64,000 nucleotides of DNA from a virus. Its lineage: Duplodnaviria > Caudoviricetes. Where the stretch lies: the IMG/VR virus record IMGVR_UViG_3300018405_000014, positions 32,001-96,000 of that record; one strand, 5' to 3'. Of the stretch, positions 55,859-64,000 are shown one piece after another. The notes under the pieces were generated by a model. It was given only the letters and a program-made list of their open reading frames with translations. It did no database searches and was not told where the DNA came from. The position numbers and the translations under genes are program-made. Within the stretch, counting starts at the first letter, position 1. Each line of letters opens with the position of its first letter.

Positions 55859-55911
55859 CAAAGAAAAAAGAAACAGCTAAGAGAGGGAGCGCAAGCTCCC
55901 TCTCTATGCCG
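55859..55911. terminator. Bidirectional terminator
   Basis: aaagaaaaaagaaacagctaagagagggagc-gcaa-gctccctctctatgccg. Confidence 0.8.
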
Positions 55912-55913
55912 TC

Positions 55914-56597
55914 TCACCGACCGTTCAGGAAGTCCTTAGCGGCGCGGGCATCGAGGTGGAATGTCCCAGCGATATCCGCCTCACTCGAGACTGCCTTAGG
56001 GAACCGGCTACCCGAGGTGCTAAAGCCCATGAACACAGTACCGCCAACATGTACCACTGCCGATACATGGCCTTTGGTTACGTGAACGATAGCCGGGGCA
56101 TCAAAGCCTTCGATATGGGCCTTGTGATACCCCTTAGCCAGGGTGGGCTTGGTGCTGCTGGTGAAGTCCTGTGCAGTCAGGTTGACAACTTCCTCTCGAC
56201 GGATGTTGCGGTAGAAGAAACTCCAGAACGCCGGCGTGGTGTCGACCGCAGGTTCTTCGGATGCTTCAGATACCCGGATGCGAGATACTGCAGCGATGGT
56301 TTCACCGTCTGTGCCTGTGACACTGGAGACGGCATCATCCTGAACCACTGCTTTAACTTCTTCTGCAGCGACAGGTTCGGCTACAACAGGTTTGACAATG
56401 GACAGGGTGGGTTTGACATTCTCCCGTTCACAGACTGCCATAGCTTCCTTCAGGGAAGTGTTGACAGTGGTAACTGATGGGGACGGTGCTGCAGTGACCC
56501 TAGAAGCCTTACGGGCCTTGAGGGTCTTCCAACCAAGTCCTGCAACTGCTGCCAGACCTACAACGATGGCGCTGCCGATTGCGATATTCTTAGTCAT
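55914..56597 (-). CDS. N-terminally membrane-anchored early protein
   Basis: IAIGSAIVVGLAAVAGLGWK TM; TAAGGAG SD; first gene after promoter. Confidence 0.75.
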   Translation of the reverse strand: MTKNIAIGSAIVVGLAAVAGLGWKTLKARKASRVTAAPSPSVTTVNTSLKEAMAVCERENVKPTLSIVKPVVAEPVAAEEVKAVVQDDAVSSVTGTDGETIAAVSRIRVSEASEEPAVDTTPAFWSFFYRNIRREEVVNLTAQDFTSSTKPTLAKGYHKAHIEGFDAPAIVHVTKGHVSAVVHVGGTVFMGFSTSGSRFPKAVSSEADIAGTFHLDARAAKDFLNGR

Positions 56598-56651
56598 GGT
56601 GTGTTCTCCTTAAGAACAGGGGGCACGTAGCCCCCTTATTGGGTAGGGTAT

Positions 56652-56687
56652 TCATCGCTATCATGTATCGTTGAAAAAAAGTCGAAT
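56652..56687 (-). promoter_or_regulatory. Putative early promoter
   Basis: ATTCGA-N14-TACATGAT-AGCGATGA. Confidence 0.7.
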
Positions 56688-56723
56688 CGCATAAAGAGCC
56701 TGGGGAACTCCCCAGGCTCTATG

Positions 56724-57017
56724 TCAGGACTTGGCGCAGGCCATTTTGTAGAACTCATCGTTGATCTCAATGAGTTGGTCGACACTGGTTGCGGTATGCA
56801 ACGCATCAATGAACATGCCGCACGAAGCCTGGAAGTGGGTCATCAGGTACTTGGCTGATTCAAACTCATCGCCACTGTAGGCTGCTGGCGCAGCATTCTT
56901 GATCAGTCTGAGGAAGGTATTGAGGTGTGACGCTGTGATGCGGGCTGCCACCCAGCGCTCCCGGTTATCCAGATGTCCTGGTGCCACCCGATTAGCCGGC
57001 GTAATAGAAACTATCAT
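56724..57017 (-). CDS. Hypothetical protein
   Basis: 97 aa, TAAGG SD, followed by hairpin 56690-56724. Confidence 0.65.
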   Translation of the reverse strand: MIVSITPANRVAPGHLDNRERWVAARITASHLNTFLRLIKNAAPAAYSGDEFESAKYLMTHFQASCGMFIDALHTATSVDQLIEINDEFYKMACAKS

Positions 57018-57220
57018 GGAGCATTACCTTAGAAGAAATAAGACACAGGATTACAGTGAAACAAATTGACTAAACATACATGGTGGTGTATTCGTTTTCT
57101 TTGACGGATTAAAGCATGTACTCGCGAATGACCGTTATCTGTTCGACCTCTATATAGTGCCCCATCGTAACCGTGGGAGACGCGGCATAAAACGGCGCCC
57201 CGCAGGGCGCCGAATTACGG

Positions 57221-57742
57221 TCACCAATAGTCGCTGAAATCGACGTGAGTGGACGGGACCTTGATGATATTCAAGGCCTCGACCAATGCAGATCGTTCAG
57301 TGCGCTCGAGCAAGTTGATCGAGAAGCGTGCCAACTTGAGCGGGGTGATTTCACTTGGTCGCTCGAGGATGTACCAGTTGCTCAACTCAGGAGCCTTGAA
57401 GGCACCGGGAAGAACATTGGTGACGTAGCCATGAACCAAGGTGGCTTCACGTTCACTGATCAGACCTATTGACTGAGCGCCGATGTGCTCAAGCTCTTTG
57501 ACCCGATTCGGCCGCGGAATGTCACTGTGTTGACCTTCCAGCAGTTTATCGAGATGACGGATGTCTTTGTCGGTGAGTCCCCTCTCACCGAACTTTCGAA
57601 CCAGGATCAGGTTGCGGTTGCGAGGAATATCCCCCTTGACGAAAAACAATTCGCGACCGCGTTGACCTAGGATCACCGGTATTATATATTTACCCTTGGA
57701 CATGAAAGCTGTTCCTGTTGTGTTTCCAACTACTGACAACAC
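57221..57742 (-). CDS. Hypothetical protein (start uncertain; possibly truncated 5')
   Basis: 173-aa ORF without clear SD; short broken ORFs upstream. Confidence 0.55.
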   Translation of the reverse strand: MLSVVGNTTGTAFMSKGKYIIPVILGQRGRELFFVKGDIPRNRNLILVRKFGERGLTDKDIRHLDKLLEGQHSDIPRPNRVKELEHIGAQSIGLISEREATLVHGYVTNVLPGAFKAPELSNWYILERPSEITPLKLARFSINLLERTERSALVEALNIIKVPSTHVDFSDYW

Positions 57743-58031
57743 ATTGCAGGGCTATTATTTTAAGTGCATCTTGCTCTTTGCAATAGAGTGTCATGGAAAT
57801 TTTGAGCATATTTCGACATACTCTTGGTTTAGATTACACTATGCCAGCATTGCCCAGTGTCAGGAATGTACCGTCATGGTCCAGATAAAGTGCTTCTGTG
57901 TTGTGGATGGATTGCAATAGATTACGAAGGGATGTGGTTAACTGGAGCACACTGGCCATAACCATTCCTATATTTGGTTAATGAGGTCATAGGATAAACT
58001 GCATCAAGGTGACCAGTGTGCAGTGGGTACA

Positions 58032-58544
58032 TTAAAACAGGTGGGGGATTCGCTTAAATGTCTGGAAAACAAGGTCGGGATTAGTTGGACAAGTCAGGAC
58101 ATTGACACATTCAAACTCACCGGGTATTTCAGGAACAACGGCCAGGTCCCCTTCGAGTGATTTGTTCAGAATCACTGTCCGATGAATAGTGTCAGCCACT
58201 CCCATCCCTTCTGCGATAACTGAAGCCCCTCCGATCAAGCAGACTTCTTCGGCCATGTCCTCCAGACACACATTCAGGGCGTCATCGAGAGAGGCATGGA
58301 ACATAACCCTATCTGTACGACCCAACGAAAGAAAAGACTTCTTGCGGGTAAGTACATGATGGAACCGGCCAGGTAAAAGACATGGCAGAGATTCGAAGGT
58401 CGACATGCCCATGATCATGGGTTTCCCCCGTGTGACTTGGACAAAGTGAGTCAGGTCTTCGGGGTAGTTCCACGGTAGGGGTTTATTCCCACTGTATCCG
58501 ATGGCACAGTCTTTCGTCTGGGCATATACCAACGTAATTTTCAT
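58032..58544 (-). CDS. folA: Dihydrofolate reductase
   Basis: AIGYSGNKPLPWNYPEDLTHF, IMGMSTFESLP, LPGR, LIGGA. Confidence 0.9.
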   Translation of the reverse strand: MKITLVYAQTKDCAIGYSGNKPLPWNYPEDLTHFVQVTRGKPMIMGMSTFESLPCLLPGRFHHVLTRKKSFLSLGRTDRVMFHASLDDALNVCLEDMAEEVCLIGGASVIAEGMGVADTIHRTVILNKSLEGDLAVVPEIPGEFECVNVLTCPTNPDLVFQTFKRIPHLF

Positions 58545-58597
58545 AGCGAATCCTTTAGAGTCAGCATAGAGGAGGGCGTGTGCCCTCCTCTATGTCG

Positions 58598-59146
58598 TTA
58601 CGATGCGTGATGGGCCAGCTTATGTGACAGGCTTTCTACCATCTTTTCCATTTCAGGTTTGGCGTAATAGTTCATAGAGAACTCATGAATCTCACGACCA
58701 GCTTCACCACTCGTTACAAGGATCAGCTCAACCCCCACACCACCATTGGCAGCCTTCCACTGTCGAAGGTAAGCGTTTTCACGCGGCACCTCAGCCAGTG
58801 TCTCCCAAAGCACCTGCCCTGTCTGCAACGAACAGGTAAGGTGCTCTTTAGGCTGAATCTCAGCGATAGTCGGAAGTGTCTTAAGGTCCACGAACGCCTG
58901 ATCCTTCAGCACCACCCACGGATACTCCCGAGTAGCCTCAAGGCCCTGGATGTACTCAGTCATGACCTCGGGATTCTTATTGAGGTCATGGCGCTGGGTG
59001 CACTTCATCACCAGGTGCTTCTGGTGATAGTGCATTCTCAGGATTCGGTTTCCATGGCCCTTCTTACCAAAGCAGGTAATGGACAAATCAGCCGGAGATT
59101 GGATGCGCTGATTCTGCGCACCGACCACCAGATCAAAGATATCCAT
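58598..59146 (-). CDS. Hypothetical protein
   Basis: TAATG-coupled 182-aa ORF; followed by hairpin 58565-58594. Confidence 0.7.
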   Translation of the reverse strand: MDIFDLVVGAQNQRIQSPADLSITCFGKKGHGNRILRMHYHQKHLVMKCTQRHDLNKNPEVMTEYIQGLEATREYPWVVLKDQAFVDLKTLPTIAEIQPKEHLTCSLQTGQVLWETLAEVPRENAYLRQWKAANGGVGVELILVTSGEAGREIHEFSMNYYAKPEMEKMVESLSHKLAHHAS

Positions 59147-59607
59147 TAACTGAGCGCCGTCGGAAGCTTGATGGTCTGAACCACGTGATCACTCGGAAGA
59201 CGAAGTCTGGAGACGATGTAGCTGTCTACCAAGTGGTCGTCATTCAGGATCAGTAGCATGAGGTACTCTTCCTCGATCTCTTCAGGCACAGGCTCCTGAA
59301 TGACATGGAGGTCCAGATTATCGAACAGGCCGATCCGCGTACCGTCTTGCTTGGAACGGACGAAGTGGGCACGCGAGGTGACCGATCCTTCCGGCATATC
59401 GAAGAGGTACTGAGCGATACCGATGGAGGCCGCCAGGGCGTAGCGGTAATGTTCGCTGCGACTACTGGCCAACAACACCATGGCACGGACTGTGTCAGCA
59501 GTCATTGACTGTACACCCCAGCCCAGACTACAGTCGAAAGGCGGTAGCTTGGCCACTACCTCCCCAACAGTCAAAGGTGCAGGGAGCTTTACCAGCTCAT
59601 TGTTCAT
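59146..59607 (-). CDS. Hypothetical protein
   Basis: AAGGAG SD; overlaps ligase end. Confidence 0.7.
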   Translation of the reverse strand: MNNELVKLPAPLTVGEVVAKLPPFDCSLGWGVQSMTADTVRAMVLLASSRSEHYRYALAASIGIAQYLFDMPEGSVTSRAHFVRSKQDGTRIGLFDNLDLHVIQEPVPEEIEEEYLMLLILNDDHLVDSYIVSRLRLPSDHVVQTIKLPTALS

Positions 59608-61645
59608 GTGTTTCTCCTTGAGGTTTAGTCATGTCCGAAACAGGCATGACGACCAATTTCGAATGGAAGTTAATGGCTTTATTCAGGGTCTTGGGGTTGA
59701 CGAGCATCGCACCAACTTCGGTAAGTCCGAGTTCCTTAGCAGTCTTGGCCTTATCGGGGCCATGTCCGACACCTAGAAACACGATGTCAGTGTTCTTACT
59801 GACACTCTTGGTGAGTTTACCGCCACGCGAGATGACCTCATCTTCCATCTCCTTGCGTGACTTTCCGTCAAAAGACGATCCACTGACCACGACTGTCAAT
59901 CCGGTTAGGTCCTGATGTTCTGCTTTCTTGACCACCTCATCGGTGTAGGTCAGGATCTTATCCAGGGCCAACAGGTCGTATCCGTTGGTAAGGAACGCAT
60001 TGACTATAGACTGGGCTACGGTTGGACCAACATCATCAACCTCCTGAAGCTCCAATAGAATGGCCTGTCCCAAGGCTTCGAAGTTATGGAACTGACTGGC
60101 CAACGCCCGTGCAGTGCTGTCACCTACCTCAGGAATGCCGACCGCGCGCAGTACCTTGTAGAACGGTAGGACTCGGCAGCGGTTTATGTTGGCCAGTATC
60201 TTCTCGGCCATGTTGGTGCTGATACCTGCCAGATAAAAGTCCTCTTCCGACAGGTGGAACAGCGAACTGTACGACCCGAGTGATCCAGCTTCAATGAGGG
60301 CTTCGACTGCCGCAGGACCAAGGTTCTTAACGTCGATGCCTGCACGGCTGACGAAGTAGCTCATCCGGTTGACCACCTGAGCTGCACAGCTTTCGTCATT
60401 GGTACAGAACAACTCACCACCCTCACCGCGGCTCTCTACCGGCGAATCACAGCACGGACAGGTCGTTGGAACCTGAATGATGCCATGTTCATCGGTGCGA
60501 AGCGAGGTGATGACCGATTCAATCTTGGGAATGACGTCACCTCGACGTGAAACCACAACCGTATCGCCGATGCGAAGATCCAGGCGCTTGACTTCTTCAA
60601 AGTTGTGAAGGGTCACGCTACTGATAGTTACCCCACAGAGCTTCACAGGACGAATCTTGGCGACAGGGGTGAGCACTCCAGTCCGGCCGACTTGTACCTC
60701 AACCCGCTCCAGGATCGAAGTGGTCGACTGGGCTTCGAACTTATAGGCCACTGCCCAGCGAGGTGAGGTCGAACGCTGACCCAGCGAGGAACGCACTGTA
60801 CCGTTAATGGCCTTAAGTACCAGGCCGTCGATGTCGTACTCGAGGTTATGGCGTTCTTCAGCCACTCGATTGACCGTCTCCATGATCTGATCGATTGAGG
60901 TACTCAAGCCAGTCCACAGAGCATCAACTTTGTAGAAGGCCTGGAGTACACCATCGTCGACATCAGCCAACGACACCGACCTTGACACGCCATCGCTGTA
61001 TATCACCGCGTCGTATGCAATAAAACGAATGCCCATGCCCAGCAGGCTTTCACCTTCCTTTCTGCGCATCAGGCCAGCAACCATGTTACGGGCGTTGGCA
61101 TAGGGTTTCTTGCCTTGAGCTTCACGGCGCTCGCATGCTTTCTTGAATTGAGCGTGGGGAATTATACATTCTCCACGGAATTCAATGTCGCCCGGAATTG
61201 GACCGATGTCAGCAGGGATACCCTCAAAGAACACGGCATTGTCGGTGATGTCGTCGCCGACATAACCATCACCGCGGGTAACTGCACAGACAAGTTTGCC
61301 ATTGGTGTAACGGACATTCAGGCTGGCACCGTCGAGCTTGTATTCCAGAGCGGCGTAAATAGGACTGTCAAGCCCCACACACCAGTCGATCAGCTCTTCT
61401 TCGTTGTAGACGTTCATCAGACTGAGCATGGGCGACAGGTGCTTGACCTTATCGAAACTGCCTCCGGGCGGAGCCCCTATTTGATTCAAAGGGGAAAGCG
61501 GATCGTCGGTCTCCCCTTCAAGAGCCTTCAATTCCTGTTTAAGGGAATCATAGACTTCGTCAGAGACATCCGATTGACCCTGGTTGTAGTACAGGTCATT
61601 GAGGCGCGCCAGTTCAGCACGCAGAGTGGCGATACGGGTGTCCAT
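59597..61645 (-). CDS. ligA: NAD+-dependent DNA ligase
   Basis: SDEVYD, PMLSL, EYKLDG, TRGDG, EFRGE, DGLVLK, PRWAVAYKF, Zn finger, HhH, BRCT. Confidence 0.95.
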   Translation of the reverse strand: MDTRIATLRAELARLNDLYYNQGQSDVSDEVYDSLKQELKALEGETDDPLSPLNQIGAPPGGSFDKVKHLSPMLSLMNVYNEEELIDWCVGLDSPIYAALEYKLDGASLNVRYTNGKLVCAVTRGDGYVGDDITDNAVFFEGIPADIGPIPGDIEFRGECIIPHAQFKKACERREAQGKKPYANARNMVAGLMRRKEGESLLGMGIRFIAYDAVIYSDGVSRSVSLADVDDGVLQAFYKVDALWTGLSTSIDQIMETVNRVAEERHNLEYDIDGLVLKAINGTVRSSLGQRSTSPRWAVAYKFEAQSTTSILERVEVQVGRTGVLTPVAKIRPVKLCGVTISSVTLHNFEEVKRLDLRIGDTVVVSRRGDVIPKIESVITSLRTDEHGIIQVPTTCPCCDSPVESRGEGGELFCTNDESCAAQVVNRMSYFVSRAGIDVKNLGPAAVEALIEAGSLGSYSSLFHLSEEDFYLAGISTNMAEKILANINRCRVLPFYKVLRAVGIPEVGDSTARALASQFHNFEALGQAILLELQEVDDVGPTVAQSIVNAFLTNGYDLLALDKILTYTDEVVKKAEHQDLTGLTVVVSGSSFDGKSRKEMEDEVISRGGKLTKSVSKNTDIVFLGVGHGPDKAKTAKELGLTEVGAMLVNPKTLNKAINFHSKLVVMPVSDMTKPQGETHEQ

Positions 61646-61662
61646 AAGCAGGCTCCTATGAC

Positions 61663-62109
61663 CTAAGCGATGACTTCAGGTCGTGGGGTGAGAATAGCGT
61701 GAGACAGACCAACAATACGGCGACCAGAATTCTGGTCACCCGGGACTTTATCCACGGTCAATGTCATCAGCTTCAGTGATTGAAACACTTCACTGGCCAA
61801 ACCATCGGGATTACCGTAAAGCAATTGGGCATGCAATACGACAGATTTGTTTTCAATAATCAGACCAAGCGGCTTAAGGTATCCAACCTTGAAGGGCGCT
61901 CGGTATCGATAAATATCAACCAGGTCGGGATTGTTGCCTGTAACCGTGCGGTCTGGCCACTTGGAATACACCGGAATTGTATTTTCAAGCAGATGGGTAC
62001 ACTCCTCGGTGGAGAGCCCTTCGCTGTAAGCAATCGGTAGGGTGTGGAGCGAGGTATGATGGTAGACATCGGTCGGCGTTTGAAACAGGTTAAGTACAGC
62101 TTGGTTCAT
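61663..62109 (-). CDS. Hypothetical protein
   Basis: 148-aa ORF in operon. Confidence 0.65.
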   Translation of the reverse strand: MNQAVLNLFQTPTDVYHHTSLHTLPIAYSEGLSTEECTHLLENTIPVYSKWPDRTVTGNNPDLVDIYRYRAPFKVGYLKPLGLIIENKSVVLHAQLLYGNPDGLASEVFQSLKLMTLTVDKVPGDQNSGRRIVGLSHAILTPRPEVIA

Positions 62110-62112
62110 GAT

Positions 62113-62592
62113 TCATTTCACCACAGTAAGGAAGGAGGGGCGGGTGGGTTCTTCTTTCCTGACTTCGGCTGTAGGCGCACCATCCGCCACCTCAATGGCT
62201 ACACCATGTAGCATGTGCATCGCGGTTTCAGACACGAGGATGGTCGTTGGGATGCAGGTATGAATGATCTGCGGCATGGCGGGGTCGTATATGCCAATCA
62301 CCCCGTGAAGGCTGACGGTATGGACGTATTCAACGCCCTGGTAGCGTGCCTTGAAGATGATGTTGGTGTTTTCCAGCCGGAGGTCACGGATGGCCATGGG
62401 ACTGATGTTCAAGATAACTACATCGTCGCCCACATGGGTGGTGAATACGTAAGGGGTAAGGTGAGGATTTTGTTCCAGGAACTCAGGCGTAGCAAAAACC
62501 TGCATGTGACAGGCGCTGGCGGTCTCCATGATGTAATCGCGGGTGGATTGGATGTAACGGAATGCAATTTCAGCAGTCTGGGGTAGGATCAT
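62113..62592 (-). CDS. sspB: SspB-like ClpXP adaptor
   Basis: VILNISPMAIRDL, FKARYQG, VIGIY and C-terminal RPSFLTVVK (compare the E. coli ClpX-binding RPALRVVK). Confidence 0.8.
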   Translation of the reverse strand: MILPQTAEIAFRYIQSTRDYIMETASACHMQVFATPEFLEQNPHLTPYVFTTHVGDDVVILNISPMAIRDLRLENTNIIFKARYQGVEYVHTVSLHGVIGIYDPAMPQIIHTCIPTTILVSETAMHMLHGVAIEVADGAPTAEVRKEEPTRPSFLTVVK

Positions 62593-62939
62593 TTAATAAT
62601 ACCTGGATTGAGACAGAGGTAGTCATATACCTGATTGTCGATCTGTTCTTTAAGGAGCTTCTTCCGATCGCGTTTGGAGGCGCACGGGTACTCATGTACT
62701 CGGATGGCATTATCTCGCTCATACAGGCCATTTAGGAGCTTACAGGGGTGTTTGCTGACTGTCAGGAGGCCTAGCTGTTTATCGACCTCCTGACTGACGT
62801 GGGTAGACTCACCCATGTAAAAGCGCCCGGTGGCATCGTGTTCAAGGATATAACACCCCTTATTCACGATACCTGAGCGCTTACTGCGTCCTGAGGGCGA
62901 ATGCAGCCACTTGATGACTGCGTTCGGGGTGTCGGACAT
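62589..62939 (-). CDS. GIY-YIG-like small protein
   Basis: GCYILEHDATGRFYMGES; HPCKLL; CLN. Confidence 0.6.
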   Translation of the reverse strand: MSDTPNAVIKWLHSPSGRSKRSGIVNKGCYILEHDATGRFYMGESTHVSQEVDKQLGLLTVSKHPCKLLNGLYERDNAIRVHEYPCASKRDRKKLLKEQIDNQVYDYLCLNPGIIK

Positions 62940-63006
62940 ATCAACCTTCTTTAGGGATCGGGGCTGTGGTGCGGAAAGATTCAGGCGGTTTTAACGCCAC
63001 CGCTCC

Positions 63007-63585
63007 TTACTTGCAAAAGTCGCGGTCGTTGACAACTACGTTCTTAGGGCCGATGGTGAAGACGAAGACACTGGCAGGTTTCAAAAGTTGGATACCTTTC
63101 TCACCCTGTCCGATGAAGACACCCCACCAGCTATCGCTATTCAAACCGACGACGTTCATGCTGGTGCCATTGACATCGAGTTCGGTTTCTTCACGGACTT
63201 TCGAACTGTCCTTATACTGGATGCCGAAGAGTTCACGCTCCATGTAGGAGTAGTGCCGACGGCCAGTCAAATGGATACCTCGACCTTCATCGACAAACTC
63301 GCACGGTCGAGTGTCAGTGACCATGACCCCAGGCATCTTGACCTGTGTATACAGGTACCACGCCGCACCACCGACTACCGCAAAGAAAAGACCACTGATT
63401 AGCAGATAGGTGCGAAGCAGGGTCGCACCTATAGATTTAGATCGTGCCTGGATCTTTTCGCGGGCTTGGCGACCCGCATCAGAGGATTTATTTTTCTGAC
63501 CACTCAGAAAATTGTTCACGAGGTCCTCGGTACGCATGAAGAGTGCATCGTTCGAATTGGTAGCGTTGTCAGCTGATACAGTCAT
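63007..63585 (-). CDS. Single-pass membrane early protein
   Basis: TM YLLISGLFFAVVGGAAWYLY; AGGAG SD. Confidence 0.75.
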   Translation of the reverse strand: MTVSADNATNSNDALFMRTEDLVNNFLSGQKNKSSDAGRQAREKIQARSKSIGATLLRTYLLISGLFFAVVGGAAWYLYTQVKMPGVMVTDTRPCEFVDEGRGIHLTGRRHYSYMERELFGIQYKDSSKVREETELDVNGTSMNVVGLNSDSWWGVFIGQGEKGIQLLKPASVFVFTIGPKNVVVNDRDFCK

Positions 63586-63611
63586 GGATAATGCTCCTAT
63601 TGGTTGTGTGT

Positions 63612-63647
63612 ACTCCTCGATAATGTACGGCTGTAATGTTTTTGATT
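63612..63647 (-). promoter_or_regulatory. Putative early promoter (weaker upstream box)
   Basis: AATCAA-N14-TACATTAT-CGAGGAGT. Confidence 0.5.
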
Positions 63648-63650
63648 ACG

Positions 63651-63705
63651 GGAAAAGAAAAAAAAGAGAGATCATAGAGGCCGGGGACATCCCCGGCCTC
63701 TATGA
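63651..63705 (-). terminator. Terminator
   Basis: tcatagaggccgggga / tccccggcctctatga stem followed by U-tract on minus strand. Confidence 0.75.
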
Positions 63706-63706
63706 T

Positions 63707-64000
63707 TCAACGTCGGACATATCCCAACTCTTCGAACGGGTCGTCTTTCTCTTCAGGAACTGTGAGGCTTCGGGTGGTCTGAACTTTCTCAGTCGTGGCT
63801 GGTTTAGAAGTCTTGACCAGCAGTTTAGTCATCCAGTCGACATTGGAGCCGAGAAATTTATCCTTCCCGTCTACCCGAATGACTCCACGTCGGACGGTAA
63901 AATAGGTAGCCAGTTGCTCCAGCTCTGGAACCGAATCGCCCAAGGCGAAATAGGTGGCATGAGGACTGGTACGGTAGGTCTGGATAAGTTCCTCTATCGG
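63707..64000 (-). CDS. Hypothetical protein (partial, 5' end outside window)
   Basis: Open frame to window edge ending ...EELGYVRR*. Confidence 0.55.
   Translation of the reverse strand, partial: PIEELIQTYRTSPHATYFALGDSVPELEQLATYFTVRRGVIRVDGKDKFLGSNVDWMTKLLVKTSKPATTEKVQTTRSLTVPEEKDDPFEELGYVRR

Overview
This window is a 64-kb segment of a phiKZ-related (Chimalliviridae-like) jumbo phage genome. The host is probably a gammaproteobacterium, given the Pseudomonas-type nrdJa/nrdJb pair and an SspB homologue. The core block is syntenic with phiKZ: DnaB-like helicase, major capsid protein, non-virion RNAP beta-type subunit, RuvC, baseplate proteins and portal. The window also carries an SF2/SNF2 helicase with a class 3 intein, class II RNR, two dCTP deaminase paralogues, DHFR, NAD-dependent ligase, endolysin, spanins and several tail-fibre genes. 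The most unusual items are: (i) a translationally coupled array of at least four divergent radical-SAM/SPASM-like genes plus a 2OG-Fe(II) oxygenase directly upstream of tail-fibre genes, one of which carries a silenced in-frame Hint domain; (ii) two ORF-free, highly structured intergenic units (~160 nt and ~410 nt) that look like phage ncRNAs; (iii) a regulatory grammar readable from the sequence (7 copies of a bipartite early promoter, SD hairpins, TATG-flanked hairpins); and (iv) S-x-E head-protease sites on enzymes, including a helicase fused to a head-protein domain. All family assignments were made by eye from motifs and synteny; no searches were run.
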